Shown piece after piece: positions 45,122 to 53,766 of a stretch of 64,000 nt of DNA. The translations under genes were made by a program, and so were the position numbers. Source of the stretch: Candidatus Omnitrophota bacterium (GTDB lineage Bacteria > Omnitrophota > Gorgyraeia > Gygaellales > Profunditerraquicolaceae); assembly GCA_028717885.1 (NCBI GenBank), contig JAQUMX010000002.1, positions 12,237-76,236 on the forward strand. Reading direction: 5' to 3'. The stretch's first letter is position 1; each line of letters starts with the position of its first letter. Under the pieces are notes generated by a model, which was not told the origin of the DNA, did not search any database, and was given only the letters and a program-made list of their open reading frames with translations.

Positions 45122-46779
45122 CAAAAAAAATGAATTTTTTATTTGTTAACCCCAGATATGCCAATCCCGGCCAGCTTTATAATTTCCCCCTTGGTATGGC
45201 TTATGTTTCAGCCAGTATGAAAGCAAAGGGATTTAATGTTTGCTGCCTGAACCTTTGCCATTATAGCGAGCCGGTGGATAACATTATTGCGGAATGGATA
45301 AAGAACAACAGTATTGATGTTTTGTGTACAGGCGCCATGTCGATTTACTGGGCAGAATTAAGCCATGTTCTGGAAGCGGCAAAGAAAGCAAAACCGGATA
45401 TTATTAATGTTGTAGGAGGTGCGATTATTACTTCCGACCCGGAAATGGCAATGCAGAACCTAAAGATAGATTATGGGGTGATCGGTGAGGGTGAGATTAC
45501 GATGGTGGAGGCTGCCGAGGCTTTAAGCTGCGGAAAAGAAATAGGTTCTGTTAAGGGGGTAGTTTATTTTGATAAGAGCCATAATTTAGTCAAGACCGGG
45601 TCCAGGGAAGCAATTTCAGAGCTTGATATACTGCCTCTTCCGGATTACGAAGGCTTTGAATTTGGAAAATTTCTTTCTTGGATGAAAGATAGCGATGATC
45701 TACTATTTACGCGTTTAGATGGAGAACCGAGGCTGGTTGAGATCATAGCTTCCAGGGGATGCCCGTTCAGCTGTACTTTTTGTTACCATCCGCTTGGTAA
45801 AAAATACCGCAAACGCTCTCTGGATAATGTCTTTAAAGAGATCGAATACCTGGTAAAGACTTATAAGGTCAATCTTTTAAGCTTGCTTGACGAGCTTTTT
45901 TCGGAAAATAAAGAAAGAATTATTGAATTCGCTCGGCGCATAGAAAAATACCATCTTCGCTGGTTTGCCCAGTGGAGAGTAGGCAATATCGACGAGGAAA
46001 CGGTAAAATCACTCAAGAAATCGGGTATATTGCTTGTTGGTTTCGGTGTGGAAGCTATGAGCAATACAATCCTAAAGAGCATGAAAAAACATACTACAAC
46101 TTCCGAAATTGAAAATGATTTTAAGCTTTTATTGGAAAACAATATCTGCCCTTGCGGGAATATTATTTTGGGAGACCCGCAGGAAACAGAAGAAACGGCC
46201 AATGAATCTATCGGCTGGTACATTAAACATCCGGAATATAATATCAATCTTGGCTTTATCCAGGCGGTTCCTGATTCGCAAGATTATCGTTATGCATTGG
46301 CAAACTCCATAATCAAAGATAAGCTGTGCCACGTCAAAGAAAAATTCCCTTTAATTAACATGTCCAGGCTTTCCGATGGAGAGTTTAAAAAATTAAAAAC
46401 TAAAGTTTATCGCTACGAATACGGAAGAAAGAATTATTTGCCGGCACGGCTCCTCTCGTCAAAATGCAATATATCCAACGAAAATGGAAAAAGATCGTAT
46501 AACCTTGAGGTTGCCTGTCCGCTTTGTGGTTGCGTATCCGTATACAAAAATTTTAAAAAAAGCACCAAGCATCCTTTCGCGTCAATCTTATGCAAGAATT
46601 GCGGCAAGCGCCTTAAGATTAAGACCAGGCAGGCCTTTCCGGAAGAGTACAGTTTTTTTTCCGATTACCTGCCATATTTAAAAAGAATGCTGGTTTATGG
46701 TTATTTACTGGAGTTTGATATTTTTCATAAGGCGTTTAAGCAATTTTTTCAATACCGGGAACGTTTACTTAAAAAATGA
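45118..46779 (+). CDS. Cobalamin-binding (class B) radical SAM enzyme, paralogue E, with a C-terminal CxxC...CxxC zinc-ribbon-like tail
   Basis: 553 aa. VIGEGEITMVEA, and ASRGCPFSCTFCY at 45760-45783. CPLCGC ... CKNCGKRL at 46516-46602. Confidence 0.8.
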   Translation: MTKKMNFLFVNPRYANPGQLYNFPLGMAYVSASMKAKGFNVCCLNLCHYSEPVDNIIAEWIKNNSIDVLCTGAMSIYWAELSHVLEAAKKAKPDIINVVGGAIITSDPEMAMQNLKIDYGVIGEGEITMVEAAEALSCGKEIGSVKGVVYFDKSHNLVKTGSREAISELDILPLPDYEGFEFGKFLSWMKDSDDLLFTRLDGEPRLVEIIASRGCPFSCTFCYHPLGKKYRKRSLDNVFKEIEYLVKTYKVNLLSLLDELFSENKERIIEFARRIEKYHLRWFAQWRVGNIDEETVKSLKKSGILLVGFGVEAMSNTILKSMKKHTTTSEIENDFKLLLENNICPCGNIILGDPQETEETANESIGWYIKHPEYNINLGFIQAVPDSQDYRYALANSIIKDKLCHVKEKFPLINMSRLSDGEFKKLKTKVYRYEYGRKNYLPARLLSSKCNISNENGKRSYNLEVACPLCGCVSVYKNFKKSTKHPFASILCKNCGKRLKIKTRQAFPEEYSFFSDYLPYLKRMLVYGYLLEFDIFHKAFKQFFQYRERLLKK

Positions 46780-47567
46780 AGATTACTGCGCAAGAGGTCA
46801 GAAGGATAATCCTGGAGCAGGCAAAAAGGGCCAATGTCGGGCATATCGGCTCAGCATTATCAATTGCCGATATTGTCGCAACATTGTATGATAAGGTGCT
46901 TAATATTCCCGATCCTGATTCAGTGGAACGGGATAAATTTATCCTTTCTAAGGGGCACGCTGCCTTGGCTGTTTATGCGGCATTATACCTTAAGGGCTGG
47001 ATTAGCGCCGAGGAATTAAATACCTATTGTGCCGATGGCAGTTTATTGGGGGTACATCCGGAGCATGCCCTTACAGGAATAGATTTTTCCACCGGGTCTC
47101 TTGGCCATGGCCTAAGTATTGCTTCTGGAGCAGCGCTTGCAGCAAGGTTAAGAAATAAGCATCAGCGCGTATTTGCCTTAATCAGCGACGCCGAGTGCAA
47201 TGAAGGATCGGTCTGGGAGGCAGTGATGTTTGCCGCGCATCACCGGCTTTCCAATTTAATTGCAATTATTGACCTGAATGGCCAACAGGCATTCGGTTAT
47301 ACCAAAGAGGTGATTGCTATGCCTGATATGGAAGGGCGCTGGAAATCTTTTAATTGGGATACTCACGAACTAGACGGGCATAATCAGGAACAGATCCGTA
47401 AGGTAATTGAAGGATTGAATACTGGCTCCGGACAGCCGCATGTTTTGATTGCACATACAACATTTGGCAAGGGTGTATCTTTTATGGAGAATAAAATTAA
47501 ATGGCATTACTGGCCGATGTCCGAGGAAGAATATAAAACCGCATTAAACGAGGTTAAAGGTTATTAA
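46776..47567 (+). CDS. Transketolase, N-terminal (ThDP-binding) subunit
   Basis: 263 aa. GHIGSALSIADIVATLY, SKGHAALAVYA and SDAECNEGSVWEA...DLNG. Confidence 0.85.
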   Translation: MKITAQEVRRIILEQAKRANVGHIGSALSIADIVATLYDKVLNIPDPDSVERDKFILSKGHAALAVYAALYLKGWISAEELNTYCADGSLLGVHPEHALTGIDFSTGSLGHGLSIASGAALAARLRNKHQRVFALISDAECNEGSVWEAVMFAAHHRLSNLIAIIDLNGQQAFGYTKEVIAMPDMEGRWKSFNWDTHELDGHNQEQIRKVIEGLNTGSGQPHVLIAHTTFGKGVSFMENKIKWHYWPMSEEEYKTALNEVKGY

Positions 47568-48502
47568 TGAGAAAGGCATTTGTCAATACGCTTGTAGAAT
47601 TGGCTGCTAAGGATGAGCGGGTGCTCTTGCTTACCGGAGACTTAGGATATACGGTCCTAGAGCCGTTCATAGAAAAATTTCCCGATAGATTCTTCAATGT
47701 GGGCGTCGCTGAGCAGAATATGATTGGGATCGCAACTGGATTAGCTGAGTCAGGATTCATTCCTTTTGTTTATTCTATCGCTACCTTCGCTTTGTTAAGG
47801 CCGTATGAATTTATCCGCAACGGGCCCGTATTGCATAAGCTTGCAGTGCGAATCATCGGGTTAGGCGGCGGTTTTGAGTATGGCCCTGCAGGAATAACTC
47901 ATCATGCGTTGGAAGACTTGGGAGTGACGAGGCTACAACCGGGGATGGCCGTAATAGCCCCTTCTGATTTTCAGCAGGCTCGCTCTGCGCTTTTGGCTTC
48001 CTGGAATTTACCAGGGCCGGTTTATTATCGTTTGGGCAAAGATGAAAAAACAGTTATACCTGGATTACAGGGAAAATTTGAATTGGGTAAGCCTCAAGTT
48101 ATCCGGGAAGGCACTGACTTGGTAATTCTTACTTGCGGGGGAATAGCTTGCGAAGCATACGCTGCAACTGAAATACTTGCCTCTAAAGGCATATCTACAG
48201 AGGTTGTTTTAGTTTCTACATTAAGCCCCGCGCCTATTAAGGATCTTGCAGGAATCCTGGAAAATTTTCCGTTAGCCCTTACAGTAGAGGCACATTATAC
48301 CACCGGAGGAATCGGTTCGTTGGTTTCCGAAATCATTGCAGAAAAAAATATTCCGTGCCGCCTGGTGCGTTGCGGCGTTGACAGTACCAAGAATGTAGCA
48401 ACGGGAAGCCAGGCCTATTTACACAAAAAATATAATCTTTCTGCAGATGCCCTGGCCAAGCAAGTTATACAAAATCTGCGGATGCGGAGGGTAAACAGGT
48501 GA
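47567..48502 (+). CDS. Transketolase, C-terminal (pyrimidine-binding) subunit
   Basis: 311 aa. FFNVGVAEQNMIGIATGLA. TAATG coupling to the N-terminal subunit. Confidence 0.85.
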   Translation: MRKAFVNTLVELAAKDERVLLLTGDLGYTVLEPFIEKFPDRFFNVGVAEQNMIGIATGLAESGFIPFVYSIATFALLRPYEFIRNGPVLHKLAVRIIGLGGGFEYGPAGITHHALEDLGVTRLQPGMAVIAPSDFQQARSALLASWNLPGPVYYRLGKDEKTVIPGLQGKFELGKPQVIREGTDLVILTCGGIACEAYAATEILASKGISTEVVLVSTLSPAPIKDLAGILENFPLALTVEAHYTTGGIGSLVSEIIAEKNIPCRLVRCGVDSTKNVATGSQAYLHKKYNLSADALAKQVIQNLRMRRVNR

Positions 48503-49212
48503 CGAGTAATTTGATTTCATTAGTATTGCCGGTTTATTTTCAGGCAGACCATATTGACAAGGTAGTTAAGGAATACGATCAGATATTGCAACGCCTGCGC
48601 CTTCAATATGAGATGATCCTAGTGGTTAATGGGGCAGGAGACGAGTCTTTAAAGAAATGCGATAATCTGGCAAAAGAATATGCTAATGTACAGGTAGTTT
48701 ATATTAGGCAGAGTGGATGGGGCAGGGCTGTGAGAGCCGGGTTAAAAGAATGCAAAGGCGATTTGGTCTGTTATGCTAATTCCGCGCGGACTAGCGCCAA
48801 AGACCTGTTGTTGATATTAACATATGCTATTGCTTATCCTGATGTAGTGATTAAAGCGAACCGTGAAAGCAGGGATTCCTGGCAGCGCAGGATAGGCTCC
48901 TGGTTATATAACATTGAATGCAGGACATTATTTAACCTGCCTTATTGGGATATAAACGGAACACCGAAAATATTCCCGCGTTCTTTTAATAAGCTGCTTT
49001 CGCTCACTGCAAATGATGATTTGATTGATCTTGAGTTTAATCTTATCTGCCGCAGCGAGAATTATCCGGTGATTGAGGTGCCTATTTTTTACAGCAAGCG
49101 CCAGGGCGGCAGAAGCACAACAAATTATTATTCCGCATTTAAGCTGTATCTTGGCGCTTATAAGATTTGGCAAGAAAAAAGAAGGCAAGATGAAAGAAAG
49201 AAGAAAACGTAA
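48499..49212 (+). CDS. Glycosyltransferase family 2 (short, polyprenol-phosphate glycosyltransferase-like)
   Basis: 237 aa with a GTG start. ISLVLPVYFQADHI ... LVVNGAGDES, a variant of the DDGSxD motif. Confidence 0.6.
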   Translation: MTSNLISLVLPVYFQADHIDKVVKEYDQILQRLRLQYEMILVVNGAGDESLKKCDNLAKEYANVQVVYIRQSGWGRAVRAGLKECKGDLVCYANSARTSAKDLLLILTYAIAYPDVVIKANRESRDSWQRRIGSWLYNIECRTLFNLPYWDINGTPKIFPRSFNKLLSLTANDDLIDLEFNLICRSENYPVIEVPIFYSKRQGGRSTTNYYSAFKLYLGAYKIWQEKRRQDERKKKT

Positions 49213-50353
49213 CCTGGGGCGGATTTGGTACGGCCACAACATGGAATGGCGTGATCCTGCTCAGGTTGTCGGGCAATGGAAGGAAGCTTCCCATGTTGCT
49301 CCGGGGTTAATTGCATATTCAATACGGGGTAAATGGTGGGATATCCTGGCAGAAAATAAAATTACACTTTTGGTGACGCGTGAATATGAACATCTGGCAA
49401 TGGCAATGCGGGCGGATAGCAAAGGGGGTTCAATTTCCTATATCAGGCTGGCGCATCCTTCCGGTTTAGCAGTTGACCGGGATAAAAATATTATTTATTT
49501 GGCTTCTACGCGTAATCCTAATCAAATTTATGACTTTTTGCCGGCAAAATCAGGTATCCCAGTGTTGCTTCCGCACAGGTCACGGTTTTTTCCTGGTAAT
49601 CTCTATATCCATGATTTAGCCCTGATAAAGAATACGCTTTTTGCAAATGCTGTCGGGCATAATTCAGTAATTCGAATCCTTGATCATGGGAATTTTCTCC
49701 CTGTTTGGTGGCCTAAATGCATGGAGCAAGCCGGTAAGGCAGCATTTTCGCGTAATTACATACAATTAAATTCTATTGCTTGCGGAAATAGTTTACGCAA
49801 TTCATTCTTTTCTGCATCTGCAGACACAATTTCGCGGATTAGGCCTGGGCAGAAGAATTTTCCAGTAGATAAACGTGGCGTGATTTTTTCAGGAGCTACT
49901 CGGGAACCAGTAGTCAGGCAATTGACGCGCCCACATTCTGCTCGTTTATATCATAAAGAGCTATGGGTCAATAATAGCGGTTACGGTGAATTTGGGATAG
50001 CCGATACAAAAAAAGGGACATTTTCGCCGCTAAGGCGTTTTTCAGGCTGGACGCGCGGCCTGTGTTTTTACAAGAATATTGCTTTTGTGGGGACTTCCAG
50101 GGTAATTCCGCGTTTCCGTCAATACGCTCCAGGCGTAGACATGAATAAAAGCGAGTGCGCAGTCCACGCTATTGAAATAAAATCAGGAAAAATTTTGGCA
50201 AGCTTGGTTTGGCCTCAGGGGAATCAAATATTTGCCCTGGATTGGATAAAAAGCGGGATAACCACTGGTTTCCCTTTTTTCGCTTTTGACAGTAAGACAG
50301 CAAAAAAACAAAAAGAACTTTTTTATAATTTCAAAATTGGAGGGAATGCATGA
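49190..50353 (+). CDS. Hypothetical protein, possibly TIGR03032/DUF4915-like beta-propeller
   Basis: About 387 aa from the ATG at 49190 (alternative ATG at 49241). The listed 49073 start overlaps the GT2. The family assignment is only a memory-based resemblance (LLVTREYEHLAMAM..., repeated beta-strand-like pattern). Confidence 0.45.
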   Translation: MKERRKRNLGRIWYGHNMEWRDPAQVVGQWKEASHVAPGLIAYSIRGKWWDILAENKITLLVTREYEHLAMAMRADSKGGSISYIRLAHPSGLAVDRDKNIIYLASTRNPNQIYDFLPAKSGIPVLLPHRSRFFPGNLYIHDLALIKNTLFANAVGHNSVIRILDHGNFLPVWWPKCMEQAGKAAFSRNYIQLNSIACGNSLRNSFFSASADTISRIRPGQKNFPVDKRGVIFSGATREPVVRQLTRPHSARLYHKELWVNNSGYGEFGIADTKKGTFSPLRRFSGWTRGLCFYKNIAFVGTSRVIPRFRQYAPGVDMNKSECAVHAIEIKSGKILASLVWPQGNQIFALDWIKSGITTGFPFFAFDSKTAKKQKELFYNFKIGGNA

Positions 50354-51279
50354 AGGATGGATTTCGGTTCCTGATGATCAGCGCAATGTATGAAAATGGC
50401 GGCAACACTACTCAAAGGTTTTTGGACGGGCATCCTCAGATGCTGGTATACCCCTTTGAATCACAGCTGGGCACGCGCCTGGTAAATGACAGCCTAACTT
50501 CGTTTTTTCCGGTAAAATACCGCTGGCCAGTATTTGACCTCGCAGCTTGCGCCCTGGATGATTACCGCATGATTATTGATGAAGAAGCAAAGGTAAGAGC
50601 CAGGACGCCTAATGTAAGTAAATTCCGCCATATGCCTTTTGATTTTTCCGACGATGAGCGTTGCCAGATCTACCAGCATTACATCAATAGGGAGGGCCGG
50701 TCAAGGCCAAAAAACATAAGCGCATTCTTTCGCTCTACTTTTGATGCCTGGAAAGATTATAACAGATCAGGCAAGGAAACTGTTTTTGTCGGGTATAGCC
50801 CGGTTATTGTTGTAGATGCAGAAAAAATCTTAAGCGAGTTGCCGCAAGCACATTTGTTGCATGTCGTGCGTAATCCCTGGTCTGCTTATGCCGATACTAA
50901 GAAAAGGCCCGTACCTTTATCGTTGGCAAATTACTTATTGGCCTGGAATTTAAACCAGTATTTTGCTTTGACTTTTAAGCTAAAATTTCCCGGCAGGCTG
51001 CACATCTTGCGTTTTGAAGATATTATTGAGAACCCCTTGAAAGTATTAGGGGGTTTATGCAGGAAGATTGGGCTTAATGCCTCATCTACGCTAAAAATTC
51101 CTACCTGGAATGGCAGAGAACTGAAAGAAGTTTATCCGTGGGGTACGATACGTAAGCCTGAACCAAAAGCAAATCTTGCCACAGCAAAAGAATTAACTGT
51201 TCAGGAGAGAAACGAAATTCGTGTGCTGGCACGGCAATATATCGAGATTTTTAATTACAGAAACTTTATACATTCATGA
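50350..51279 (+). CDS. Sulfotransferase-family protein
   Basis: 309 aa. N-terminal P-loop-like SAMYENGGNTTQRFL (5'-PSB position) and HVVRNPWSAYAD (3'-PB-like RNP...S). Confidence 0.6.
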   Translation: MKDGFRFLMISAMYENGGNTTQRFLDGHPQMLVYPFESQLGTRLVNDSLTSFFPVKYRWPVFDLAACALDDYRMIIDEEAKVRARTPNVSKFRHMPFDFSDDERCQIYQHYINREGRSRPKNISAFFRSTFDAWKDYNRSGKETVFVGYSPVIVVDAEKILSELPQAHLLHVVRNPWSAYADTKKRPVPLSLANYLLAWNLNQYFALTFKLKFPGRLHILRFEDIIENPLKVLGGLCRKIGLNASSTLKIPTWNGRELKEVYPWGTIRKPEPKANLATAKELTVQERNEIRVLARQYIEIFNYRNFIHS

Positions 51280-52259
51280 AACGAGTATTAATTACCGGCG
51301 CAACCGGGTTTGTTGGAGCTAATCTTGCCAGAAGGATGTTAACAGAAGGCCATTCTGTGGTTCTATTGGTTCGCCCTGGCTCAAATCGTTGGCGGCTTCA
51401 TAACATAGAAAAAGAGGCACAGATTCTGGAATTGGACCTTTGTAACACAGAAGCTATTTTTCAGGCAGTAGGCAGGGCCCGCCCTGAATGGGTGTTTCAC
51501 CTGGCAGCGCACGGAGCTTATTCCTGGCAGAGCGATTTCACACAAATGATCCAAACTAATATTATTGGTACGATTAATTTGGTTAACGCGTGCTTGAAGG
51601 CCGGCTTTGAAAGTTTTATCAATACAGGCTCTTCTTCAGAGTATGGTTTTAAGGATCATGCGGTTACGGAAGATGAATTGCTTGAGCCTAACAGTGATTA
51701 TGCAGTAACCAAGGCATCAGCTACGCATTTTTGTTTGAGCCTCGCCAAAAGCTACAATGCGCATATCACTACATTGAGGCTGTATTCAGTTTATGGAATT
51801 TATGAAGACCCTGCAAGATTAATCCCTGCGCTAATCTTGAATGGCTTAAGAGGCAAATTTCCTTTATTAGTGAGCCCGGATATTGCGCGGGATTTTGTTT
51901 TTATTGAAGATGTAGAAGCTGCATACCTGCTTGCTGCTCAACAGAAAAAATACCAGCCGGGTGCAATTTATAATGTAGGAACCGGCATTCAAACGACTTT
52001 ACAACAGGCGGTAGCAACGGCGGCAAAGTTGATGCAGATAAAAGAACAGCCACGCTGGTCCTCAATGCCATCACGAAAATGGGATACCGGTACCTGGGTA
52101 GCAAATAACCGTAAAATCAAAGAGGAGCTAGCTTGGGTTCCGGCTTATTCCTTTGAAAAGGGGTTCCAGAAGACCCTGGGCTTATTCCGCAATAACCAGG
52201 GGATATTGGATTTTTACGAACATGCTTCGCTAGTTTCATCAGGAAAGAACCGTGATTAA
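51276..52259 (+). CDS. NAD-dependent NDP-sugar epimerase/dehydratase (extended SDR)
   Basis: 327 aa. VLITGATGFVGANL, GSSSEYG and YAVTKASA. Confidence 0.8.
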   Translation: MKRVLITGATGFVGANLARRMLTEGHSVVLLVRPGSNRWRLHNIEKEAQILELDLCNTEAIFQAVGRARPEWVFHLAAHGAYSWQSDFTQMIQTNIIGTINLVNACLKAGFESFINTGSSSEYGFKDHAVTEDELLEPNSDYAVTKASATHFCLSLAKSYNAHITTLRLYSVYGIYEDPARLIPALILNGLRGKFPLLVSPDIARDFVFIEDVEAAYLLAAQQKKYQPGAIYNVGTGIQTTLQQAVATAAKLMQIKEQPRWSSMPSRKWDTGTWVANNRKIKEELAWVPAYSFEKGFQKTLGLFRNNQGILDFYEHASLVSSGKNRD

Positions 52260-52260
52260 T

Positions 52261-53766
52261 ATGGATAATAAGAAAAATATGCTTTTGATTAATCCGGCTG
52301 TAAGAAAAGAAACCCAACACCCGATTTTTAATTCTGTGGTTTTTTCATCGCCTCCGTTGGGGTTGGGGTATATCGCTGCCTATCTTAGGGCAAACAATAA
52401 GATGGAAGTACGGATTATTGATGAAGTAGTTAGCCCTCTGTCTGAGTTAGAGATAGAAAAACAGTTAAACTGGTTGGGAAGCCGGCCGACAATCGGTATT
52501 TCTTGTCTTACTGCTACCTATTCCAGGGCAAAAGAGCTGGCACGTACAATAAAGCAGATTAAACCTGATTCCTTTGTAATTTTTGGCGGAGCGCATCCCA
52601 CTGCCTTGCCTGAAGAATCACTAACAGATAAAACGGTTGATTTAGTCGTGCGCAATGAAGGGGAGGTTACCCTGGCAGAAGTTTGTGAAGCGAAATACTT
52701 TGGGCGCGATTGGAGCAATATAAAGGGGATTTCTTTTATAAAGAACGGCATGATTCAGCATAATCCGGGAAGAGGATATGCAGAACTGGATTCTTTTCCT
52801 GATTTTCCCTATGATCTATTTGAGCATAACCTTGAACATTATTCCGATTTTGGGATGATTTTAAGTTCACGCGGCTGTCCATTCGACTGTATTTTTTGTT
52901 CCAATCGTATTATCACGGGAAAAAAATACCGTACCTTTAAGGTTGATGCGGTAGTCGGCCAAGTAGAAAAACTGGTTTTACGCTACAATCAGAAGAGTAT
53001 CTATTTTGTTGACGATAATATCGTAGTCGATAAAAAAAGGTTTTTTCACCTGACTAACATGATTATGGAGAGAGGGCTGCATAAGAAGGCTTTCTTTACC
53101 GCTCAGTTCAGGGGCGAAGATATGACAGAAGAAATCCTTGTTCAGATGAAAAAAAGCAATTTTAAAATGCTTTCCTGCGGCATGGAAACCGGTTCCAACC
53201 GTTTAATGGCATTATTAAATAAAGGAGAGACTGTTGAAGAAATCAAGCAGGGGATTGAATTAGCCAGCTCCAGTGGTTTTTTGACTACTACCACTTTTAT
53301 TTTTGGTATTCCTACAGAAACAAGAAAAGAACGCTTGGATTCCTCAAGGCTGGCCAGGCGCTTAAAACTTGATAGCGCCAGGTTCAATATCGCCATTCCT
53401 TATCCCGGGACAAGGCTGTTTGAAATTGCCAAATCTGAAAACCGATTGCATGTTTCGCAGGAATGGAAGAATTTTAATGTCCAATATTATCTATTTGGCG
53501 ACGACATACCTTATATTCCTGCATCCTCCGGCCGTTATGCTTTGATTTTTGATACTATGATGGCAAACCTTAAGTTTTACCTTAGGCCTAAGATCATCTG
53601 GACTATAATCTTCAAGACAGATATTACCGGAGGAGGTGTTTTGTCCTTACAGAAAAGAAGAAACATTTTACGGACATATTTAAACCTGGTTTATATTTGG
53701 TTTTTTATTATGAAAAGATTCTGTTATGTGGGTATTAAGGCGGCATTTGAAAAAAATGGCAATTAA
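52261..53766 (+). CDS. Cobalamin-binding (class B) radical SAM enzyme, paralogue F
   Basis: About 501 aa (ATG 52261; the listed GTG 52252 is also possible). VRNEGEVTLAEV, and SSRGCPFDCIFCS at 52876-52899. Confidence 0.8.
   Translation: MDNKKNMLLINPAVRKETQHPIFNSVVFSSPPLGLGYIAAYLRANNKMEVRIIDEVVSPLSELEIEKQLNWLGSRPTIGISCLTATYSRAKELARTIKQIKPDSFVIFGGAHPTALPEESLTDKTVDLVVRNEGEVTLAEVCEAKYFGRDWSNIKGISFIKNGMIQHNPGRGYAELDSFPDFPYDLFEHNLEHYSDFGMILSSRGCPFDCIFCSNRIITGKKYRTFKVDAVVGQVEKLVLRYNQKSIYFVDDNIVVDKKRFFHLTNMIMERGLHKKAFFTAQFRGEDMTEEILVQMKKSNFKMLSCGMETGSNRLMALLNKGETVEEIKQGIELASSSGFLTTTTFIFGIPTETRKERLDSSRLARRLKLDSARFNIAIPYPGTRLFEIAKSENRLHVSQEWKNFNVQYYLFGDDIPYIPASSGRYALIFDTMMANLKFYLRPKIIWTIIFKTDITGGGVLSLQKRRNILRTYLNLVYIWFFIMKRFCYVGIKAAFEKNGN

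Noticed and set aside
45123-45130. An A8 homopolymer in codons 2-4 of B12 radical SAM paralogue E, as a possible slipped-strand phase-variation switch. Several T8 and G6 runs occur elsewhere (for example near 7526, 46655 and 22265).
   Set aside because: Runs of 6-8 nt are expected by chance in an AT-rich, Lys/Phe-rich genome and are below the lengths usually associated with phase variation. A second in-frame ATG at 45130 would also buffer any slip.
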